Positions 1 to 13,170 of a stretch of DNA of 64,000 nt are shown here, in pieces. Source of the DNA: Takakia lepidozioides (taxonomy: Eukaryota > Plantae > Bryophyta). The stretch is taken from NCBI GenBank assembly GCA_030704615.1, contig CM060734.1, positions 62,992,001-63,056,000 on the forward strand, read 5' to 3'. Both the position numbers and the translations under genes were made by a program. The notes beneath the pieces were generated by a model. That model searched no databases. It had not been told where the DNA came from and saw only the letters and a list, made by a program, of their open reading frames with translations. Position 1 is the first letter of the stretch. Each line of letters opens with the position of its first letter.

Positions 1-1099
1 CAGGCTGGCATCTTTTATTCATTGTCCATATCAAGTCTTCACACAAGTGACTGATGCGCATTTTACTTGGAGTCCAGTGTCTTTTTCACTTCCCTTACCA
101 CCCTGGTAATTTGCAGAGCCTACCACACTCTGCATGGCCCACAAGGGGCCAAGTGGCAGTTATTCGAATTGTTCTGCTTTGGAAATTTGAGAACTTGGTC
201 CTATTCTATGAAAATGGGTCAGTGCAGTTGGGTGAGTCTAGGTCCATGGTTTTATCCATGAGCCCAAGGCACTGAGATATGGTAGCTTTGCTTCTTTCAC
301 TCTTGTGGATAATTGGTAATGTTGTGCACAGTGCCCTCTTCTGTACAAACATGAATGGCATAGCTATGTTCTTGCAGGGGGGGATCATTACAGCATGCCA
401 TAACTTGTCAATGACACCCGTCTGATTGGCATTTGAAAGACACTGTTGATTAGTTTCACAGAAATGTGATTTGATCATGGAAGTAATCTTAGCAGTCAGC
501 TACAATATACAACACTTAATATGTGAACTAGATTCAGTGTATTAGATAGATGTCCGTGATTCTGGTGAGAGAAAGAAATGAGAATGACCCATACTGTAAT
601 CCCTGATCACCCCTGTCTCTCTTTCCTCTCCTTTCTCTAAGACACACCTCATCAGCTGTTAGTATTTCCAAACAGAGAGTCAACCAAGAAGGCCCTATAC
701 TAGTGAGCGCAAAGACTGTCACTCAGGAATACAATGTCCAGATAATGACATTAAGAACTTGCTCTCTGGAGTACAAAGGTAGTTCTCTTTTCCTCTTTTT
801 GTTCCTTGTTTCTGGTGGAAGTGGACAGGCAAGCCTCTAGAAACACTCAAACCAACACCATTCTTTGTAGATAAGGATTTAGTACCTTAAGGTGAGCAGA
901 AGCTTCTTCTCTCAGTGAACACCCTAGTAGTTTCAACTACAAATCAGCACCATGTTTCCCCCATGGAATTTCAGCAGGTCCCTGCATCACCACCAAAGTC
1001 AACGTCATAACAAGCAGCTCCGCCCACAAGAGGCTCTGTCCTGTGATTTTGTTGATTTTGTGGTTGTTGTTTTATACTTTTTCTAGGGCTTCATGAATC

Positions 1100-1355
1100 A
1101 TTCCCATCAACCCTCCATAGACTAGGCTTAATGGATAAGCCTAGTTCTCTCCCTAAAGATGTCTCCACAATGCCTTTATCCCTTGCGGGTCCCATCAACC
1201 CTCTAAAGACTAGGCTCTCTCTCCCTCGGTCCCATATCCCATCAACCTTCTAAAGACTAGGCTCTCTCTCTCTCTCTAGGCTTAATGGATAAGCCTAGTT
1301 CTCCATTCTCCGCCTAGGCAAGAAGTCTCCACAATGCCTCTATCCCTTGCGGGAC
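1100..1355. repeat. Local duplication of a ~90-bp unit
   Basis: 'cccatcaacc...gactaggct' occurs three times. 'ctaggcttaatggataagcctag...gtctccacaatgcct.tatcccttgcggg' occurs twice. Confidence 0.7.
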
Positions 1356-1539
1356 AGAGCCAATAATGAAAAGAAGGGCCACCGAAGACGAAAGACGAGC
1401 CCCACACCAACCTACATTATCCACCAATATAGTATGAGCCTCAAATGTGGAAAATACAGTTGCACGTGATTATGTTGTGATGTAAGTAAAGCGACCGCAA
1501 AATTGGCGATCGCTTTTATTTTATTTATTTTTCTTTCAA

Positions 1540-1740
1540 AGGGAACACCTGGGAGCAATAGCCCACAAATCAGGCCCCTTCATAGTGAGAGGAGAAAATA
1601 ACATCTCTTTCACATTAACCTGCCATGAGGCGTAGGAATGGGGCACCACCCAGGACCCATACCACACCCGTCAGTAGCAGGATTTGACCCCAGAATCATC
1701 TGGGTGGCACTCAGTGCACTTAACCAAATGAGCTACTGAC
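1540..1740 (-). mobile_element. tRNA-derived SINE
   Basis: Minus strand 1740-1670 reads GTCAGTAG-CTCATTTGG...GGGTCAAATCC-TG-CTACTGAC. This gives complementary ends, A-box-like TAGCTCATTTGG and B-box-like GGGTCAAATCC. A ~130-bp body and an A-rich tail follow near 1515-1540. Confidence 0.7.
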
Positions 1741-2559
1741 TGTTGGTTTATTTTTTATTTCAAAAAAACTAGGGCTTCGCGTTGCTCCGCACTACTAGTG
1801 ACAAATTCTGAGAACTACATTCAATTTGCACAAAAAAAGGTGGGTCTCCGTATTTTATTGTTTGAGGGGGAGTTGACATTGATAAATGTTTTCTTCAAAC
1901 TCAAGAATTGGTTTCTTCAAACTCAATTCAACTTTCAATTAGAACACAGTTTGTTCAAAGATTTACCAAACTAGGGTTTTAATGTAATCTGTATTTGCGC
2001 TCAACAGCATGTGCCGAAGAAAACCTAGTGCCGAAGCATAGTACCTGCCATTGTGAATGCCCTACATTTATTTTTCAGCTAACATACCAGCCCTGATTGA
2101 GTGTCTATGGTCAGCTAGGAGCACAATAGCTAACTCGGCACCATTTTGACCTTATGCTTTGGACTATTTTCTAAGATTTCCACCATGAAACCAAACTGAG
2201 ATGTGCTGGGGCTCAGAATGTACAGTCAACAACAGTTCTCTGCAACTGTTGACCAGGCTATCCACTTGACAGCAAAGTTCCTCCCACCCAACATCGAAGG
2301 CAGTCATGGGATTTCCACAGACAAAGGTATGAAATTCAGCCTAGAAGTTCCAGAACTGACATTCAACAAGAGAGTGGTGATAGCATGCAACATGCAGTGC
2401 TATACCTGAAAGCACTAACTGTTAAAGATTTACACAGTCCGCCATAATTCATGACTTCTCAAACTCTGAATTAGGTGAGAAACAGTCAAGAAAGGGAAAG
2501 TATGGCACCTGGTTGTGAACCATGTAAAGGAGGGAGGGCATACAAGAGCCAATCCCGTA

Positions 2560-3240
2560 CTTGTCGTGCAATGGCATGTGGTAGATATGCATTGGCATGT
2601 CATTGCACTCCATGAGACCACGTCTTGCTCAGCCATATTGTTCAATACTAGACAGGCATCCCTTACATTCCCACATTTCGCATACATGTCTGCAACAAGG
2701 GCAGTCTCCATATTAATATATGACGGAATTCCAGCTTTGATAATGTCAGCATGGATCTCTTCGCCCTTCTCCAAGGCCACCATGCTGGCACAAGCATTGA
2801 GAACACAAATGAATATGACCATGTCGGGCATCACACCTTCCTGTTGGATTCTATCATAGATTTTAACGGCCTCTGTGCCACAACCCTGCTGGGCATATCC
2901 TGCTATCATAACGCTCCAAGAAACCACATCCCGTTCAGCCATTTTGTCAAATACTTTCAGTGCATCCTTCATGCTCCCACATTTGGCATACCTTTCAACA
3001 AGGGCAGTCTCCAGAAAGATGTCAGTCCAAAAATCCAGCATTGATGATGTGAGCATGGGCCTCTTCGCCCTTTTCCAGGGCCCCTAGCCTACCACATGCA
3101 TTGAGCACACATGTGAACGTGACCCTGTCGGGCATCACCCCTGGTCCACGAGGGCATTGTTCATAATGACATCGGGTACAATTCCAACTCTGACGATGTT
3201 GCCATGGACCTGCCCTTTTCCAGAGCTACCAGGCTTGCAC
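2560..3240 (-). pseudogene. PLS-class PPR gene fragment
   Basis: ORF 2430..3056 has motifs 'ETALVERYAKCGSMKDALKVFDKMAERDVVSWSVMIAGYAQQG'. The upstream part is frameshifted and the array is cut off at ~2590. Confidence 0.85.
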
Positions 3241-4931
3241 TGCTATGTATTTGAGGATAAGCCGCAAAGTGAACTCAACTGAGCACTTGGGACCTTATCA
3301 AGGGACTTCCACGAATTTACCGAGGTTAAGCGGAGATACAGCTTAGTTCATTCTCTATGTGACAGTGACAATGACAGCCTAGATTTGTTCAGCTAGGAAA
3401 CACCCAACTCAACGTTCATATGCTCATTGCGTCTGCTACTCTCTGTAATCCAACAAGCATCCATCTTTTTGCCTCGATTGTCCCACCATTGACTGGGGTC
3501 AGAAAAGTATTCTTTCCACAGCTTCTCCTCATCTCTCTTACCTATTTCTGGATACTTTGGCAGTATCATGTCAAAGTCACTCCAACTATCAAAGGTTCAC
3601 TCAACCAACTAACTTGCAAAATTCAACATGAAAATTTAGGGCCGGTTCTGATAAGAGAGAACCCACAGTGCATCCTTGCTCCTTCAGCTATCCATGCCTA
3701 TGCACAAATCATGCATACATCCTTGCATTGCTGCTAGCAACATACAATGACAGCCTAGAATTCTTCGAGCAAACACCCCAACCATACTTATCACACTAGT
3801 TCCTATGCTGACTTGCATCTACTTCCAACATGCATTCACCTTTTTGTCTCCATTGTCCCACAATTGACTGGCGTCGGAGAAGTGTTCATTCCAAAGCTTG
3901 TCCTCGTCTATTTTCTAAAATAAAATGGCGGTCGCTTTTAATATTTTTGTATTGCTTAAAATAAAAGCGACCGCCAATATTGCAGGTCGCTTCTATTTTT
4001 TATATTAAAAAATAAAGCGACGGCCAATATCGCAGTCGCCTCCTTTAAAAAAACAATATAAAAAGCGGTCGCTTCATTTAAAAAAATTGAAACATTAAAG
4101 CGACTAGAGGTCGCCCATTATTTTTTATTTTTTTCATTATCTATCTGATTTTATCAACTGTGCCACTGTAGTTGTTGTCTTTAGTTGACCATCTACCCAT
4201 TCAAGTTTCTTGTAGCTATTGATCCACATGGAATCATAGGTAATCTTGTTCTTGAAATCTGGCGCTCTTGGATGAATCTGTACCCACACTCGACCCCTGC
4301 TCCTTCAGCTATCCATGCCTCTGCACAAATCATGCATTCATCATTGCCTTGCTGCTATCAGCTGACAATGACAGCCTAGATTTGTTCTAGGAAACACCCA
4401 ACTCAGCTTATCACACTAGTTCCTATGCTCATTGCGTCTGCTACTCTCTGTAATCCAACAGACATTCACCTTTCTGCCTCGATTGTCCCACCATTGACTG
4501 GGGTCAGAAAAAATATTCTTTCCACAACTTCTCCTTGTCTCTGTTACCTGATTCTGGATACTTTCCTGTTGTCACATTGGCAGTATCATGTCAAAGTCAC
4601 TCCAAACTATCAAAGGGTCACTCAACCAGCTAACTTGCAGAATTCAACATGAAAATTTAGGGCCGGTTCTGATAAGAGGGAAAAACAGGGTGAAATGTGT
4701 TGAAGAAGGTGCATTCATTAGCAGTGCCTGATTTTATCAATTGTGTCGCCGCTGCTGCGGCTTCCAGTTGACCATCTACCCATGCAGGTTTCTTGTAGCT
4801 ATTGATCCACATAGAATCATAGGTAATCTTGTGCTTGAAATCTGGCCCTCTTGGATGAATCTGGACCTACACTCCATCCCTGCTCCTTCAGCTATCCATG
4901 CCTCTGCACAAATGATGCATACATCCTTGCC

Positions 4932-6999
4932 GGGGATTGCTGAAGCGTGAGCAGAATCCGTGAGCAGAAAATTCCGTGAGCAAAATTATGCTCACCTATA
5001 ACCGCGGACAATTGTACGGCTTAGAGGACCTATTACTGCAAGTAGTGTCCAGTATAACATGCATACCGACAAGGTCGTTAAGGATGAATGACGGATGAAT
5101 GTATGTTGGACGAATGGCACATTGATGAATGTAGTTTGTGCATGAATGGAAAATTAAAAAGCATTAGAGCTGCTCCTCCCCCTCCATCCCAAAAAAAATG
5201 CCTTTCTGCATACTTGCAGGCATGGAACGAAGCCTCTGCATGAGTGCAAATGGATCCACAAAATCATGTCAGAAGTCCAAACAGAAGGCCAACAAACATT
5301 GACTCCGCTAATGAAAGTGACCATGATCGGTCGCATCCCTTTCTGTGACCTTCATATGTTGCATCCTTTGTTCTATCTCCACTGAGTGAATTTGCTCGAC
5401 CACATCACAGAGAGTCATTGCAATGGTATGTCTGAATGGCTACCTGTCTGGGTCTGGATTAAGATGGCGTTGACACCAACTTAATTTCCACCCCTTTAAG
5501 CTCAAAGAAACTGATAAACAGAAAAGAAGCAACCACTGAAGTCTTACCGTCTGTTTGTGTATATGTCTGTATGTCTGTCTGTCTGTTTGTGTACCTGTCT
5601 GTCTGTTTACCTGTCTGTCTGGGTCTGGATTAAGATGGTGTTGTCGCCAGCTTAATCTCCACCCCTCTAAGCAGAAGGAAATTGACAAACAGAAAAGCAG
5701 AAACCACTCAAGAACCCTGTCTGTCTGTCTGGGTCTGGATTAAGATGGCGTTGACGCCAGCTTAATCCCCACCCCTCCAAGCATAAGGATATTGAAAAAC
5801 AGAAAAGCAGCCTATATATATATATATATATATATTGGTTTCCCAATATATATAAAATCCCATGGCTAAATTTTTTATAGTTGAACCTCCAAAAGTACCC
5901 TAGCTAGACTTGAGAGATAGAGTGGTAGGGTTGTAGGGTGGATTCCCCCAGCAGGGTGCCCTGACTTGACTTAGTTTATGTAATATATTATATTATTAGG
6001 TTTATATTTAATGGACAGATAATTTGATCTCATCCTGCTGCTGTAGCTATCCCCTCCGTCAACCTCGTTCCCCGCTTTCGCTCCGTCGAGCTCCTCGATG
6101 TCTCCATCCCTCCCTCATTCACAAGTGCCGAGGGTCAAACTTCTAGTCTAACAGAGAGTTATGGAATTATGAACAATTTTGGTCGCTAGAAATTCAACTA
6201 AATTTCTCTAAATGACACTTGTTTATATATTTAAAATAAAGCAACCGCCAATATGGTGGTCGCTTTTATTCTTAATATTTTTAATAAAACGCGACCGCCA
6301 GTAAGGCGGTCGCTTTTAATTTTATAAGCTGTTGGGTTGAATTCTCATGTGCCAACACGGGCTGGGAATTAAGATGGCGTTGACGACACCTTAAATCCCC
6401 AACCCCTACACACATATGCTTACCGCTAAGGTTTTTTTTCCCTGTGTTGAAATGTCATGTGCCCCTGCCCGGAATTAAGCTGGAGTTGACGCCACCTTAA
6501 TGCTTGCTTCCCTACAAATGAATGCTTATGGGTAAGGTTTTTTCCTGGGGAGATATTTATTTCTTTCATGGGTTCATTTGTCATGTGCTGACAGGGGCTG
6601 CGAATTAAGTTGTCGTTGACAACAGCTTAATGTCTGCTTCCCTGCGCATACTCATCCCTGAGGATAGATGTTGTTGCAGTCATCCATGGTTTACTCATTT
6701 GGGCAATTGTTCATCCGAAACTCATCCAATGTTCATCCATTCTCTTTTACATTCATCCCAAATACATTCATCCGTAACTTTTTCATCGCATTTTCGTGCC
6801 ACATTGTCGTCATAGAGCTTGTCTGTCTTCGCTCCGATGGAGATGAGATTGCGTCATTGCAGTGGAGTTTGTGTCCACGGCAATAGGCCCACTTGTTCCC
6901 TCGGTTTTAGGGTCCGCATCAGTAATCTGCTCACGCTTACACTCTGCTCACACATGGGGGAATCTGCTCACGGGTTCTGCTCACACGGTAGCTGCCCTC
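4932..6999. mobile_element. Non-autonomous Mutator-like element (MULE)
   Basis: 9-bp TSD ATCCTTGCC at 4923-4931 and 7000-7008. Left end GGGGATTGCTGAAGCGTGAGCAGAATCCGTGAGCAGA aligns with the reverse complement of the right end, GAGGGCAGCTACCGTGTGAGCAGAACCCGTGAGCAGA. No coding capacity seen. Confidence 0.85.
5445..6635. repeat. Arrays of the palindrome ATTAAGATGGCGTTGACGCCAGCTTAAT, with (CTGT)n and (TA)n
   Basis: Three ~130-170-bp tandem units at 5445-5810 and three more motif copies at 6365-6635. (TA)n lies at 5813-5835. Confidence 0.75.
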
Positions 7000-8711
7000 A
7001 TCCTTGCCTTGCTGCTAGCAACAGACAATGACAGCCTAGAATTCTTCCAGCAAACACCCCAACCATACTTATCACACTAGTTCCTATGCTGACTTGCATC
7101 TGCTTCCAACAGGCATTCACCTATTTGTCTCCATTGTCCCACCATTGACTGGCGTCGGAGAAGTGTTCATTCCAAAGCTTCTCCTCGTCTCTGTTAGCTG
7201 TTTTTTGATACTTTCCTGGTGCCACATCGGCACTAACTTGTCAAATTCATTCCAAACCACCACAGATCCACTGCAACATATGGCAAATGAAAGGCTACAG
7301 CTTGGATGCAGACACCATATTCAATATGCAAATTCAGGGACGAGTCTGATGAGGGCGCAAAACAGGCTGAAATAGGTCGAAGAAGAAGGTGCCCTCACCA
7401 CATTGTCCTTGACCTTGTGTCATGACCCATGGAGGATTTGACCAACCATCAACCCAAAAGGACCTCTTGTGTGTGTTGCTTGTGTCTATAGTCAAGTAAT
7501 CTCGGATTGGTCTATGAGAACCACGACGGTGCAGATGAGCAGGCAAAGACCTGCTAAGACCAAGCTGACTCTCCCAAGAACCTTGTAAACAGCCAAGAGC
7601 CCACATTTGCAGGAGGGACAAACTTCTTTACATCATACATTGAGAAAAAGCCACACCTTGCCATTGCGGTTCTCCAACCATCGTGAAGGATCTTTAAAAA
7701 ACTCATGTCAGCTCTGCTCCGTGCTCCAAGGTAGAGGTTTGTCGACTTGTAGTCCTACTAACGTACAAGTACGATAGAATTCAGTCTGATCACGGCCGTT
7801 ATTGTTTGTTCCATAATTAATGTGACAATGGCTGCTGTCAATAAATGGAAAATTGTGCACACTTTCGATGAAGCCGTGATTTCGCGAATGTAATAAGCCG
7901 TTCGATTCCGCCTTAATCCACGGTGGCCACAATCAATCCGGGAGAGAAAGCATACCACACTGCCATTGGAGTGATTCAAAGATGAAAGTTACATGTCACC
8001 TCTATATAACGTCCGACTCCACACAACACCAACTTCCCACTTTGAACCTCTCACTTGCTTCTTTTCTCTCACGCACCTCTCTGGACATCCTGCACCTCTC
8101 TGGACAACGTGTATCTCTTTGTCTGTCCTGCACCACTCTGCCCATAGGGTACTTCTGAAGCAGCCTCTGAGTCTCTCCCTGCTTCCTTAGTCTCAGGTGT
8201 CAACTGCACATTTCTCACGTAGGATAGTATGATACTCATTTTTTTGTGTACTCTCCATGTGCACCAGCTAAACTTCCTTGTGTTTGTCTAAAGTTACTCC
8301 CAAACCTCCACTGGGCAGTCGCCACATTAATATTCATCCATCCATAGAATCGATTTTTCATCTACAGAGGGCTTCTTCATTATCCATTGTTCATCCATGT
8401 GGTTGATTTCATCAACAGATATCATCCAACCTCCACTGTCCAGTGGAGGTTGGCATTTGTGACTTCATCTGACAGTTCAGATAGATGTAGTCTATACTCC
8501 GCCCTCATACTCCAATCTTAATTCCAATTGTGTTTCATCAGTCCCAGTGTAGATCCAAACATTGACTTTATTTTTTCAATCCATATTGTTTTTCTCATTC
8601 TAAACCGTCGAAAAAGTTATACTTAAAGTTTCTCCTTTCGGTGGCACGACGTTCTTTCCTTCAGTTAATCTTTAGTCCTGCAATAGGATTTTACTGAACC
8701 TCCACTGCCCA

Positions 8712-9485
8712 GTGGAGGTTACTAACTTCATGGGGTTCCAAGTAGGCCAAAGGGTGTTTCTGTCACTTCCTGGATCTCCTTCAGTTGTTGCCTCAGGAGA
8801 TTGCCTGAATGTTTCTGGGGATGGAACTTGCCACGGACACCACTTGTGTTCGTCCACCATTTTAGTTACCCTTGTGATGACACATTCGGCTCCTGTCCTC
8901 TGCCTTATCGACACATGGATGTTGACACATTGAAGGAGGCGATTGAGACTCCAGTTGTGTGGGACGTGTCCTTTGTTCGCACGCATGACACTGTGGATTC
9001 AGCATCCCCGAGAAACCCAGGATGTCATTCCATCACAGAAGATAGTGATTATCAATGTCAAAGCACTGAAAGCAATGATATTCCGTCCAACGGTGAGACT
9101 GAAGGGGATCTGCCTGCAGGTCTGGGGAGAGATTGTTGGAGAGACTTGCAGTGTCCTCTTCTTGGGGAGGACGGAAACGCCCTGTTCGAAGGCCGAATTC
9201 AGGCATGCATTCCTAACGAGTTCATTCTGAATGACAAACTCGGAGAGGACGATGTTGGTGGTCACCAAAACAATCTCTGGAGAGTCCGGTTCACTGATGT
9301 CGATTGTGAAATGGCCGTTAACAAAAACAAGACTTCTTGAAAATGGCCGGATACTCTCCGTTGATCTCGAAAATTTCCTACGATCATGCAGTGACATGGA
9401 GAATGAGGACCATGGTACATGCGTATTGAAAGCAGCATACAGGCATTTTACTGGGAAGGAGAATCCATCCAATATGGAGGACTAA
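8712..9485 (+). pseudogene. Frameshifted N-terminal or accessory ORF of the Sola-like element
   Basis: Overlapping ORFs 8712, 8801 and 9231 read 'VGQRVFL...VVASG...CHGHHL...TLKEAIETPVVWD', resembling transposon-associated domains. They lie directly upstream of, and in the same direction as, the transposase. Confidence 0.4.
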
Positions 9486-9559
9486 AAAAAGTGCAAGAAA
9501 AATCTTACTTTGGATGAAGTGAGGTCGGTGAGCAGCAAACCTTGCTGCAAGCTTTAGTG

Positions 9560-11958
9560 TTGTTAGTATTTTGATTGGAGAAAAACCTTGGCAATTCGTA
9601 CTGCATTTTGGGGTTTGTCATTCGATGAGAGAAGAGAACTTGGATTGAATGTTTCCAAATGACTTCACATTATGGATGGGTCATCGCGCAGGTGGTATGT
9701 TACGATAGAAGGTGTTGATGTTTGTGAGAAAGCATGGTGGATAATACACTGAATTGGAAGGTCAACGTACATGGAGTACAAAAAGCTCAGTAAAGAGGGC
9801 TGTTTGTCATCTTTCCACGGAAATCGTGGCGTCAAGCGGCCGCGACCAGGGACACTCCAGGCAGAGGGGAACATTATGTCCATTATCAATGCCAATACTG
9901 ACCTTATGCCTCACAAAACACGTTGCATTGGAGAGGGACGTCGGGATACTTTGAGTATTTTGCCACCCGAAATGAACTGGAAGAGAATTCGAGAGGAGTC
10001 CAACGAAGTGACTTTTATTCGTTGTCCCCTTTCGTTTTTCAAAATATTGTGGATGATTTTATTCTTTTTGATGCCATCATGCTTTCTTGTTCTTCCACTT
10101 TGTAGAACCTCCACTACCCAGTGGACGTTGACATTGTTGGGGAGTTGGGGTGCAAACAAACAGACTGCTTGGTTTGAAAGGAGTCTCCCAGCTAGCTATA
10201 AGCTGTATACGGAATCGAATATTTCCTAACGTTGAGGTTCGGAAAACAGGAAGCACCTTTGCTAAGTGCACAGAATGCGAGATGTTCAAGGACTGGATCA
10301 AGAAGTCGATTAAGATGAGTTCCGAACATGTCGCACATAAGCGGGCGCTTGATTTGCACTTGAGGCATCAAGAGTCATGCAGAAGGCTATACCATAGCTG
10401 GAGGAATGAGTCCGTTATGGTTCCGGAGGAGTTCCTATGTATTATTCATGATAAGATGGATCATAGGAAAACGGCTATTCCGAGGCTACAGACGACGAAC
10501 AAGATGGTCTCGGGATTGGGTTAGTTGCCTGTCTCATTGACAGGAATGGTTACGCACGGACACGGAGATGGAGCTTATGCTCAATTTTCCCGTGAGTTCT
10601 AGAAAGACAATTCAAACTTCACAATTGGGTCACTGGCTCAGTGTCTGCACCAACTGGAAAAGCCGACATGTCGGAAATCCAGGAACATTTTCGACACTGA
10701 AGTTCAAAATGATTTTTTTGAAACCTTCATGAGAGGTAAATTGAGATGTTTGGAGGCTCTAAAACCCTACAGGCCGCACGATAAACGTGGTGCTCGACCA
10801 CTTCCTAGACGACGTTATTTGCAGATGGACAACTCCTCCAAGGACAATAAGAACAGATGGATGCTTGCTTTCATATCCCTCCTCACTGCCAAAGATGGCT
10901 TTGAAGAGATCCAGCTTGGTTTTCTCATGGTCGGACACACCCATGAGGATATTGACGGATTCTTTAGCTATCTCTCGAAGAAGATAAAGGAACGCAGCAC
11001 CTACATTCTTCCGGATTTGATGAGGTCATTCATGATCTCCCAAGATATGCAATTCATTCCTCAAATCATACATGAGGTTCCCAACTTCAAGAAGTTTGTT
11101 AAGGGTTGTATTCATGATGGAAAAGAGGCTTTGGTCGGGATCTCAGAGATGCACGTCTTTCGATTTTTTAAGGATGCGAATAGCTGGCCCGTTATAAAGT
11201 ACAAGAAGTCAGCTACTGATTCGGAGTGGCTTCCTACAAACTCCAGCGTTAAGATGTGGAAGTCCAATCTTGATGGGACTCCAAATCTCCCTGAAGGAGA
11301 CCCAGATGTTGTTCCAAGAAGACCGATATGGGGCGTCGGGGACGACTCCTCAGAAAAACAGTCATTCATAAAAAATGGTATTAAGAAATACAAAGATTTT
11401 TGGACCAAAGGAATGTTGCTCGACGATCATTACCGGGGTGTGATGGAACAATATGACCAATACTAGGGAAATATTCTTGCCGAACTTGATAAGCCAATGC
11501 AAGACATTCCGGATCGTATTCAACTTCTTGAGGGATTTTGGCCGAAAACAAATTGGTCCTCAAACCATCGGAGGGATGGCAACCAGCCATAGAGACTGGA
11601 AGATATGGAAGATGAGGATGAAGTTCCAGAACCTTACTGTGGCCCTAGGTGTGAGCGGCCAAGGATACCCTTGAATCCGTTCAAGGATATTGAGCAAGGG
11701 TTTTTTGTGCTCGTTCACCCTCATGACCCAACAACGTGCCCGGTCTGGATGGGAATGGCAATTTCAGATGTCATCCGAGAAAGGGAAGATCCTAATTTTA
11801 AGAAAGTGAAGGTGGAGTGGTGGAGACCGAAGAAAGGTGGTAACCCCTCAGACTTTGAGAGGTACAGGGACTGTTGGTCAAAAGTTTGGGAGTACAACCC
11901 GTCAGATCATGCTCAATGGATCCACGTGAACAATGTCGTGTGGACAATGCCGCCATGA
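9560..11958 (+). pseudogene. Sola-like DDD transposase with stop codons
   Basis: Motifs in order: 'FAKCTECEMF', 'IIHDKMDHRKTAIP', 'YLQMDNSSKDNKN', 'FLMVGHTHEDIDGFFSYLSKK'. In-frame stops at 10522, ~10600 and 11464. Confidence 0.75.
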
Positions 11959-12469
11959 AAAAATACGACAAGAAATAGCACCAAGAGAATTACAGCGGTG
12001 GAAGCAGTGAAGGCGCGCGCGAATTTGGAGGTTGCTAACCTTCAGCCAGATACCTGAAGGTTTCCTTCTTGCGAACCATTTTCCATCCATGGACTAAATG
12101 TTGAGGTTAATTCCGGTCTTTCACTTTAAGATATTAAAATTTCTTTACGCTTCTTTCCCTTCGTGTTTGCGTTGGGTGATCCTTCCCGTCTTCTTTTTCT
12201 GTCGCACTGAACCTCGAGTGGGCAGTGGACGTTCATCTATTTTCTTTTTGCCGTGTTGGACTCTGCACTGCTGTACATTCTGTTCATCTACATATATTCG
12301 TGACATGGGGGATTCTGGCTTACAAAACAAACAATGTACCCCCAAAAAAAAAATGCTGGCACAACCCCTGGATTCTTTCTTTTCCAATCCGGTCTAAATG
12401 TTTTTTTGCAATGTCTCGTTCTAGTGAGTGCAAGTCTTCCATATTTATTTGTCCATTTATACCTTTACC

Positions 12470-13170
12470 ATCACCTCTAAATCCTTACCATTCGTTTTAC
12501 CCTTCCCTTAACCCTTCCATAGGCTTAAGCCGGACACTTAGTACCCTAAACCATTACTCTTACCATATACCAAAAACCTTTGTGTACTCCCATAAATCCA
12601 AACCCTAAACCCTTACCCTGGCCTTAATCCTTACCCTAAGATTAAGCCTGATACTTACTACCTTAAACCATTACTCTTACCATATACCAAAAACCAGGTT
12701 AGTGCACTACCCTACTTACACTCCAAACCAAGTTATTGTACTACCATGTGTGAGTCTTCTATATTTGTTTGTCCCTTTGAACTACCCTAAATCCAAACCC
12801 TAAATCCTTACCCATTCCTTTACCCTGGCCTTAATCCTTACCCTAAGCTTAAGCTTGACATTTACTACCCTAAACCATTAGTACTCTTACCATATACCAA
12901 AAACCAGGTTAGTGTACTACCCTACTTACACTCCAAACCAAGTTATTGTACTACCATGTGTGAGTCTTCCATATTTGTTTGTCCCTTTCTACCCTAAATC
13001 CAAACCCTAAACCCTTACCCTTCCCTTTACCCTTCCCTTAATAATCCTTACCCCAAGCTTAAGCGTGACCCTTAGCACCCTAAACCATTACTTTTACCAT
13101 ATACCAAAAACCTTAGTGTAGTACCCTACTTATAATAAACTCCAAACCTTATTGTATTACCATGTTACCT
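12470..13170. repeat. Tandem 130-200-bp repeat rich in CCCTAAA telomere-like motifs
   Basis: About four units of 'ccctaaatccaaaccctaaacccttaccc...ttaagc...ccctaaaccattactcttaccatataccaaaaacc'. Confidence 0.8.

Larger units (their letters stand above)
3360..7215. repeat. Block of duplicated 200-300-bp units, interrupted by the MULE at 4932-6999
   Basis: 'caatgacagcctaga...aaacaccc' recurs at ~3368, 3745, 4365 and 7025. 3360-3660 resembles 4365-4680, 4140-4340 resembles 4725-4930, and 3720-3910 resembles 7000-7195. Confidence 0.75.

Noticed and set aside
1-1090. Short ORFs, possibly old retroelement sequence
   Set aside because: No recognisable motif to support a call.
1670-1740. Functional tRNA gene
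   Set aside because: The T-loop and anticodon arm are degenerate and the sequence runs into a body with an A-rich tail, which fits a SINE better.
12470-13170. True telomere or interstitial telomeric array
   Set aside because: There is no run of perfect CCCTAAA units; the motifs are embedded in a longer complex repeat.
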